Shown one piece after another: positions 57,548 through 64,000 of a DNA stretch of 64,000 bases. The stretch's first letter is position 1. Every line of letters begins with the position of its first letter. A program made the translations under genes and the position numbers. Under the pieces are notes generated by a model. That model ran no database searches. It saw nothing but the letters and a program-made list of their open reading frames with translations, and was not told the DNA's origin. Origin of the DNA: Planctomycetota bacterium (GTDB taxonomy: Bacteria; Planctomycetota; UBA8108; SXIK01). The stretch is from the NCBI GenBank assembly GCA_965223265.1, contig OZ244999.1, positions 8,448,001 to 8,512,000 of the forward strand, in the 5' to 3' direction.

Positions 57548-59722
57548 TTGAACGACGTGACGGCTGTGAGCCCAGGCGGCGCGAGAGGCTCGGTCGCCCG
57601 TCGCGTTCGAATCGTGCGTGCTCCTGCCGAACAGTCGTCACCCCAGTGTGCGATATCCATATACCGTCCAGCGATTACGGCCGGGCTTTGTCTTTGTTTC
57701 TGTCTTTCCGAGGTCCTCGTCGCCGGTGTCGAGCCGAACGCCGTGTTGGGTGCCATCGCCGCAGCTGGTGACGCCGTTGGAGCCCGCGACGGAGCGAAGT
57801 CACAAGCGGCGACTCCCGCGACTCCCGCCGATTCCGGCGCCGTCGCGGTAGCGGCGAGCGGGCTACGAGTCGACTTTGGGCGCCGCGGTGCGTTGATCGC
57901 GGGGATGCCGCTCACGCTTCGTCTGCGGGCTGTCGACGCAAACGGACGCGTCGCTTTCGGTTTTCGCGCCAGCGCTGTGCTCGACGGTGTCGTGCACCAT
58001 GCCGATGGGCGCGCTATCCGTAGCGCTGAGCTCACGGACGGTGAGCTCGTGCTCGAGTCGGTACGCCTCACTGACGGCACGCTCACCGCGAGAGTCACTG
58101 CAGCGGACGGTCGACAGCTCTCGCTTCATCGCGACTGGACCGTGCTCCCGGGGTGGGTCTCGCTTCTGCCACCGCTTGTCGCTGTCGTACTTGCCATCGT
58201 CACGCGCCAAGTCCTGATTTCGCTTTTCTGTGGTCTCTGGGTCGGAGTGATTCTGTGGCTGACGGTGAATCCGTTCGCGGCGGCGTTGAGGTCGCTCGAC
58301 ACCTACATCGTGGGGGCACTCGCCGACCCCGACCATGCCTCTGTGATCATCTTCAGCCTCTCGCTCGGCGGTATGGTCGGAGTGATCACTCAGTCGGGTG
58401 GAGTTCGAGGCATCGTCGACGCCGTTTCGCGGTGGGCGCGTACGCCTCGCAGTGGCCAACTCACGACAGCGGGACTTGGGGTCGTGGTTTTCTTCGATGA
58501 CTACGCGAACTCGCTCATCGTCGGAAACACGATGCGGCCGCTCACCGACCGTTTGCGCATCAGCCGTGAGAAGCTCGCGTTTCTCGTCGACGCCACCGCC
58601 GCACCTGTTGCCACTGTCGGCGTTATTTCGACCTGGACCGCCTATCAGCTCTCTTTGATCCGCGAACAGACTGTGGTGCTCGAACGATTCGAGTCCGAGG
58701 CATATCTCTTTTTCCTCAGTTCGATTCCCTTCAGCTTTTACAGTCTTTCGGCTCTGGCACTGGTTTTTTGTGTCGCTGCCTCTGGGCGAGATTTCGGCTC
58801 CATGAGGCGCGCCGAGGAGAGAGCGCGTTCGACCGGCGAGTTGACGGCACCAGGAGCTCAACCTCTCTTTCTTCCCGACGCCGAAGTGGCCGTCGCCAGT
58901 GAACCGGGCAGGCACTGGACATTGGCGATCGTTCCGATCCTCGCGGTGATTCTTTTGACTGTTGCGGGCCTCTATTGGACCGGCCTACGCGCCCTCGACG
59001 CGCAGGCCGGACAAGCGACGCTGCGAGAGATCATCGGCGCGTCGGACTCGTTTCGGGCTCTACTCTGGGCGGCGTTTGGCGGTTCGATCGTTGCTGGCAC
59101 GATGGCTGTGCTGGCGGGCGAACGGGTGCGCGCTGTCACGGCCGCGTGGGTCGGCGGCGCCCGCGCTCTTGTGCTCGCTGCGTTCATACTCCTTCTGGCG
59201 TGGTCGCTGGGGCGGGTGACCAAAGAACTCGGCACCGGGGCGTACGTGCTGGCGCTCGTTGACGGTGTGGTCAGCGCTGGCTTCGTGCCAGCATTGACTT
59301 TTCTTGCTGCCGCGGTGATCTCATTTGCCACCGGCACCTCCTACGGCACCATGGCGATTCTGATTCCTGTGCTGCTGCCACTTGCAAACGAGCTGACACT
59401 GCGCGCGCCGATGGATCCCAGCACCGCCGCCGGCGTCGTTCAGGCAACCCTCGCCGCGGTTCTCAGCGGCGCGGTTTTCGGCGACCATTGCTCGCCGATC
59501 TCCGACACGACGGTTTTGAGTTCAATGGCAGCGGGATCCGACCACGTCGATCATGTGCGAACCCAGCTGCCTTATGCTGTGCTTGCCGCAGCACCGGCAC
59601 TGGCGGCGTTCCTTCTCTCCGGCCATGGTCTCCACCTTGCGATCGCCCTGCCGCTGGCGATGCTGGCGACCATCGGTGGATTCTGGCTTCTCAGCCGTCC
59701 GTGCCGCGTCCCCGACGTGTAG
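57548..59722 (+). CDS. NhaC-family Na+/H+ antiporter with N-terminal soluble extension (start uncertain)
   Basis: SLLPPLVA, FFDDYAN, SREKLAFLVDATAAP, FATGTSYGT, FGDHCSPISDTT. Confidence 0.9.
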   Translation: MNDVTAVSPGGARGSVARRVRIVRAPAEQSSPQCAISIYRPAITAGLCLCFCLSEVLVAGVEPNAVLGAIAAAGDAVGARDGAKSQAATPATPADSGAVAVAASGLRVDFGRRGALIAGMPLTLRLRAVDANGRVAFGFRASAVLDGVVHHADGRAIRSAELTDGELVLESVRLTDGTLTARVTAADGRQLSLHRDWTVLPGWVSLLPPLVAVVLAIVTRQVLISLFCGLWVGVILWLTVNPFAAALRSLDTYIVGALADPDHASVIIFSLSLGGMVGVITQSGGVRGIVDAVSRWARTPRSGQLTTAGLGVVVFFDDYANSLIVGNTMRPLTDRLRISREKLAFLVDATAAPVATVGVISTWTAYQLSLIREQTVVLERFESEAYLFFLSSIPFSFYSLSALALVFCVAASGRDFGSMRRAEERARSTGELTAPGAQPLFLPDAEVAVASEPGRHWTLAIVPILAVILLTVAGLYWTGLRALDAQAGQATLREIIGASDSFRALLWAAFGGSIVAGTMAVLAGERVRAVTAAWVGGARALVLAAFILLLAWSLGRVTKELGTGAYVLALVDGVVSAGFVPALTFLAAAVISFATGTSYGTMAILIPVLLPLANELTLRAPMDPSTAAGVVQATLAAVLSGAVFGDHCSPISDTTVLSSMAAGSDHVDHVRTQLPYAVLAAAPALAAFLLSGHGLHLAIALPLAMLATIGGFWLLSRPCRVPDV

Positions 59723-59870
59723 CGACGCCGCTCGAACGACGTGTTCGCGTCGTGAATTCGCGTACGTTTGCGCTGTTTTTGTTCTCGCAAAGATGTTACT
59801 CATGACTCCAACGAATGCGGAGCGGCGGGTCGTCAAAGAACAACCATCTCTTTGTCCACAGGGGGTCCAC

Positions 59871-60407
59871 ATGTATCGTCTTTTCATCTATTTGTTTGTC
59901 GCTGGGTTCGTTTCTGTGGCCGGCTGCGACCAAGGCTCGAAGGATGCTGTCGGGGACGCGGTGAAGGACGTGGGCGAGGCCGCGTCGAAAACTGTCGAAT
60001 CGGCGGAAAAGACGGCTGATGGTGCTGCCGGAGCGGTTGGAGATGCCGCGGACGGCGCAGCCAAGGCCGTCGGTGGCCTTGCAGACCTCGATCTGGCCAA
60101 ACTTTCGGACGCGTCGTTCAGTGCTGACAACCTGAAAGAGATGGTCGCCTCGGCGACGCCGGACAGCCTGAAGGGCGTCGCGGACAAGATTGTCACTGCG
60201 ATCACGGAGCAGAAAGGCGTTGTCACCAAACTGCAGGACCAGATCAAAGGCCTAGGTCTTGGCGACGTCGGGGAGCTCAAGAACAAGCTCTCGTCGGCAC
60301 AGGACATCGTGAAGAATTTGCAGTCCAAGCTCCAGGTGGTCGTCGATAAGCTCCAGGCAAGCGGCATCGACATTTCCAAGTACACCAGCCTTCTCACGGG
60401 TAGCTGA
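59871..60407 (+). CDS. Hypothetical helical lipoprotein
   Basis: MYRLFIYLFVAGFVSVAGC lipobox; Ala/Asp/Lys-rich body. Confidence 0.85.
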   Translation: MYRLFIYLFVAGFVSVAGCDQGSKDAVGDAVKDVGEAASKTVESAEKTADGAAGAVGDAADGAAKAVGGLADLDLAKLSDASFSADNLKEMVASATPDSLKGVADKIVTAITEQKGVVTKLQDQIKGLGLGDVGELKNKLSSAQDIVKNLQSKLQVVVDKLQASGIDISKYTSLLTGS

Positions 60408-60606
60408 TTGGTCTCACGATCATTCCGTATTCCCACGCCCGCCCTGCAAGAAGACGGCAGGACGCTGAAGAGCCGTGCGGCGGGAGTGGGACCTGTCGAA
60501 CGGCCGCCCCGACTCTGCCGCGCGCAGCGTCGGGGCGGCGATCGCAGTCGTTGCGATATCCTGCCAGCCCACAAACCCGGGGTTCTACGGCGGTACGGCC
60601 GGTAGT

Positions 60607-61941
60607 ATGCGGCTCAGCGACGTCCCGTTTTCACCGCGACGCTTTCCGTTCTTCTACGGTTGGGTGATCGGTGTCGTCGGAACGATTGGGATCGTCTGCA
60701 GCATCCCGGGGCAGACGATGGGCGTCAGCGTCTTTACGGACGACCTGATCGCCGCGCTTGCGATCTCGCGCGTTGATCTTTCAAACGCGTATATGTGGGG
60801 AACGCTGGCAAGTGGGTGTCTGCTGCCATTTGCCGGACGCCTGTACGATCTTTGGGGCGCACGCGTCATGGTCGTCTTCGCCAGCGCTGGCCTCGGAGCC
60901 ACACTCTGGTTCTTAAGCCAGTGTGACCGCACCACAGAGGGGCTTGTACCCTACTTCCGTGAGTCTCTGGAGCGTCGCGAGGTCGCCTGGATGGTGATCA
61001 CCGCAGGCTTTTTTAGTCTGCGTTTTTGGGGGCAAGGCGTCCTGACGATGGTTTCGCGCGCCATGCTCGTCAAGTGGTTTCAGCGCCACCGCGGCATAGT
61101 GTGCGGTTTCAGCGGCGCTGTCGTGTCGGCGACTTTTGCCGGTGCACCGAAAGCTCTGGCAAGGATCGTCGAGGCTCTTGGCTGGCGCGGCAGCCTGCTC
61201 CTGCTCGGTGTTTGGATCGGACTTGGCATGTTGCTCCTCGGTTGGATCTTCTATCGTGACAACCCCGAGGCGTGCGGCCTGCGTATGGACGGAGCCGCTG
61301 AGGGCACCGAGGAAGTCTTCGACCGCGATCGACCGAATCCGACAACGGTGCGGGAGTTCGGTCTACTGGAAGCCTTGAAGACCTTTTCCTTTTGGAGCCT
61401 CAACTACACCGTGGCCTTGCCGGCGATGATCGGGACAGCGATGACTTTCCACATCGGCTCGTTCGGCCGAAGTGCAGACCTGGGTTTGGAGGAGGCGACT
61501 GCCCTGTTCGTGCCGATGGCGATTGTCGCGATCTTCACGTCGATGGTCGGTGGGAAGCTGAGCGATCGAGTACGTATTCGCTACCTCGCATTGGCGCTCG
61601 TTCTCGGCGAGCTGATCGGGTGCGCTGGCCTTCTGGCTTTCGGCGTTCCCGCGGGCCGGCGGTTGATCTTCGTCGGCATGGGCATTGCTCACGGGCTGTT
61701 CGGTGTTCTGACAGCGGTTGTCTGGCCACGTTTCTACGGGCGCAAGCACCTGGGTGCGATCGCCAGCGTCAATCTTTCGGTGATCGTGTGTGCCAGCGCC
61801 GTTGGGCCCTATCTTTTTGCTCGGCTGGAACGTCCGGGCGGTGACTATGGCGTCGCGGTTTTTGTGTCGATGGCACTTTGCATGCTTGCGATTCCAGCAG
61901 TTCTTGCAGTTCGCAACCCGCAGACCACCGACGGTTCCTGA
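60607..61941 (+). CDS. MFS transporter
   Basis: FFYGW, PGQTMGVSVF, GRLYDLWGAR, GKLSDR, FYGRKHLGAI. Confidence 0.92.
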   Translation: MRLSDVPFSPRRFPFFYGWVIGVVGTIGIVCSIPGQTMGVSVFTDDLIAALAISRVDLSNAYMWGTLASGCLLPFAGRLYDLWGARVMVVFASAGLGATLWFLSQCDRTTEGLVPYFRESLERREVAWMVITAGFFSLRFWGQGVLTMVSRAMLVKWFQRHRGIVCGFSGAVVSATFAGAPKALARIVEALGWRGSLLLLGVWIGLGMLLLGWIFYRDNPEACGLRMDGAAEGTEEVFDRDRPNPTTVREFGLLEALKTFSFWSLNYTVALPAMIGTAMTFHIGSFGRSADLGLEEATALFVPMAIVAIFTSMVGGKLSDRVRIRYLALALVLGELIGCAGLLAFGVPAGRRLIFVGMGIAHGLFGVLTAVVWPRFYGRKHLGAIASVNLSVIVCASAVGPYLFARLERPGGDYGVAVFVSMALCMLAIPAVLAVRNPQTTDGS

Positions 61942-62004
61942 GCTTCACTCACTCTGTGAGAGGCGGTCGCTCGACGCTCACTCCCCCTGGCGGTCCTATC
62001 AGCC

Positions 62005-62023
62005 CTTTTTCAACAGGCCGCTA
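62005..62023. repeat. Solo MITE/IS-like end
   Basis: CTTTTTCAACAGGCCGCTA, similar to the ends at 8708, 36975 and 53307. Confidence 0.4.
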
Positions 62024-62063
62024 TCTGCCGCTCCTGCGTCAGTAGCCAGTCGAATTGTGTGCA

Positions 62064-64000
62064 TCACTCGACGTCAACGACCAGCTCGGTGGAGAAGCTA
62101 CTCTGATTGCCGACGACATCGATTGCCGTGACAGCGAAGTAGTAACGTCCAGGCGGCAAACCGCTGACGGTATACTCGCTCGTCATCCCGATGTCGATCG
62201 CTTCGGCGTAAGCACCCGATTGCGTGCCGTAGAAAAGACGAAAACCGGCGAGATCAGTGAGCGGGGTGCCGTCGGCGCTCAAGGAGGGCGGGTCCCAGTC
62301 GAGCATAATCGAGCGGTCCGGGTTGGTGCCCGCGTAGCTCACGGCTGCTTCCGCCGAGAACCGTGACTCGTTGCCACTCGAATCGACCGCTGTGACGACG
62401 TAGTAGTAGGTTGTCTCGGGCGTCACGTTCGTGTCGCCGAACGTCGACTCCTTGCTTGTGCCGACGAGGCGGTAGCCAGTACCCGCTGTGGTTGACCGGT
62501 AGATTCCGAAGAACGTCACGACGGGACTTGTGTGATCCATCCAATCGAGCACCACGCGTCCCGTGGCCTCAATGGCCGTGAGCTGACTTGGAGGCAAGAG
62601 GTCGTCAGAACGCGGGTCGTCGGACTCCGGTGACGCGATTTCGATGGCGACCTCTTTCGAGAGCGGCGATTCGACTCCGTGGAGGTTGACAGCGCTCACG
62701 GCGTAGAAGTAGGTCGTACCGACCGTGACGTTCGAGTCCAAATAGGATGTCTCTGCAGTCGTATCAATCAGCCGGAACCCGCTACCCGAGCTCAGTGATC
62801 GGTAGATGCCGTAATGATCTATGTCCGGTTCCGCATTCGGCGTCCATGCGATCTGTCCCATCGCCGACGTACTGAACGCTAGGAGCCCACCTGGCGCATC
62901 AGGCGCCGCGCCACCGGACGTCCCCGCCGGCACGGTCGCCGAGACGGACGGCGACAGCTGCGACTCGCGTCCATTTGTCCCGACCGCTGTGACGGCGTAG
63001 TAGTACGTTGCACTGGGCTCCACGTCCGCGTCGAAGTAGTCGCTCGTTCGTGTCGTCGCGATCAAGCGGAAACCTGAGGACGGCGAAGTCGAACGGTAGA
63101 CGCCGAACGATGAGATATCGCCAGTTGGCGCGTCGTGCCAATCGAGCGTGACTCCGGAGGTCGTGGGCGTCGCCGTCAATCCGGTCGGCGGTTCCGGGGT
63201 GGGGTCGAGCAGCTCAGAACTGAGGGTCGCCGAGGGTTCGGATTCCTGGCCGCCTCGGTCGATGGCGGTGACGAAGTAGTAGTACCGGGTGCCGAGTGCG
63301 ACATCTGTGTCGCGAAACCCAGCGTCGTTGACCGTGGCTATGAGGAGGAAGCCGGTGTCAGGTGACTCAGATCGGTACACCGCGTATTCCACAACGTCGG
63401 CTTCGAGACTAGCGCTCCAGTCGAGAACGATCGCGTCGCGTTCGCCCGTGACCGTGAAAGCAGCAGGGGCGACAGGCGGCGAATCTGCTGGTGTTGCCTC
63501 GATCTCGTCGGAGAAGTCGGACGCCATGCCCCAATCGTTCAGCGCCCGAACCTTGTAGAAGTACGTCGACTCGTTCTTAACGTTTGTATCGCGATACTCG
63601 CTTCGATCGATCGTGGCGATGACCTGAAACCGGTCGCCTGAGACGGTCGAGCGGTGGACTTCGTAGCCTGCAAGGTCGGTCTCCGCGTTGTCTTCCCAAT
63701 CGAGGACGACAGCGCCGTCGTGAGAGGAGGCGAACAGTCCGCTTGGGGCCGAGGGCGCCGTCGTGTCGCTGGGTTCTTCATCGACGAATTCGAACCGAGC
63801 CGCATCCGCACACGCCGTTTGTTTCTTCTGCGCGTTGATGATGACTTCTCCCTCCTCGTCGAGGCTAAAGGTGCCCAGGAGATTCCACTGCCCGCCACCA
63901 GAGCGCTGATTGATTTGGACGTTTCTCGCGCCTTCGGTGGAATTGATCGTCACAGGAACCGTTGTTGCCCTGCCAGTAAACGACGTCCACCAGAGGTAGA
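62064..64000 (-). CDS. Fibronectin type III repeat surface protein with golvesin-like domain (5' partial)
   Basis: Six Fn3 units (LDW..Y.VYRS...YYY.VTA...ES); upstream YLWWT...INQRSGGGQWNLLGTF...ADAARF; frame open to the edge. Confidence 0.9.
   Translation of the reverse strand, partial: YLWWTSFTGRATTVPVTINSTEGARNVQINQRSGGGQWNLLGTFSLDEEGEVIINAQKKQTACADAARFEFVDEEPSDTTAPSAPSGLFASSHDGAVVLDWEDNAETDLAGYEVHRSTVSGDRFQVIATIDRSEYRDTNVKNESTYFYKVRALNDWGMASDFSDEIEATPADSPPVAPAAFTVTGERDAIVLDWSASLEADVVEYAVYRSESPDTGFLLIATVNDAGFRDTDVALGTRYYYFVTAIDRGGQESEPSATLSSELLDPTPEPPTGLTATPTTSGVTLDWHDAPTGDISSFGVYRSTSPSSGFRLIATTRTSDYFDADVEPSATYYYAVTAVGTNGRESQLSPSVSATVPAGTSGGAAPDAPGGLLAFSTSAMGQIAWTPNAEPDIDHYGIYRSLSSGSGFRLIDTTAETSYLDSNVTVGTTYFYAVSAVNLHGVESPLSKEVAIEIASPESDDPRSDDLLPPSQLTAIEATGRVVLDWMDHTSPVVTFFGIYRSTTAGTGYRLVGTSKESTFGDTNVTPETTYYYVVTAVDSSGNESRFSAEAAVSYAGTNPDRSIMLDWDPPSLSADGTPLTDLAGFRLFYGTQSGAYAEAIDIGMTSEYTVSGLPPGRYYFAVTAIDVVGNQSSFSTELVVDVE

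Overview
GC-rich bacterial DNA, very probably Planctomycetota (PSD1/DUF1553-DUF1501 pair, DWG-type Ser/Thr kinase, Tat-exported Gfo/Idh/MocA proteins, PQQ-like propellers, sulfatase, dockerin-like C-termini). It holds about 37 genes; I saw no rRNA, tRNA, CRISPR array or intact transposase. Left to right: a HEAT/ECF sigma/membrane Ser-Thr kinase operon (kinase missing from the ORF track because it runs off the edge); a TetR-YHS unit with two palindromic operators; two gene relics; planctomycete periplasmic proteins; a sigma-54-type promoter before a lipoprotein deiminase; a frameshifted DUF6807 gene; nfo; an sps-sus sucrose operon; a ThDP E1alpha/beta cluster whose 'E2' lacks the catalytic domain and is separated from E1 by a giant CotH gene; an AAA/vWA pair; transporters; and an Fn3 protein. 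The best candidate for an undescribed system is two giant secreted phosphotransferase-like proteins (CotH-type, and a glucan-water-dikinase-like His-swivel plus ATP-grasp enzyme on FG-GAP propellers) that end in the same dockerin-like tag and share an upstream motif. All family calls come from motif recognition by eye; no searches were run.
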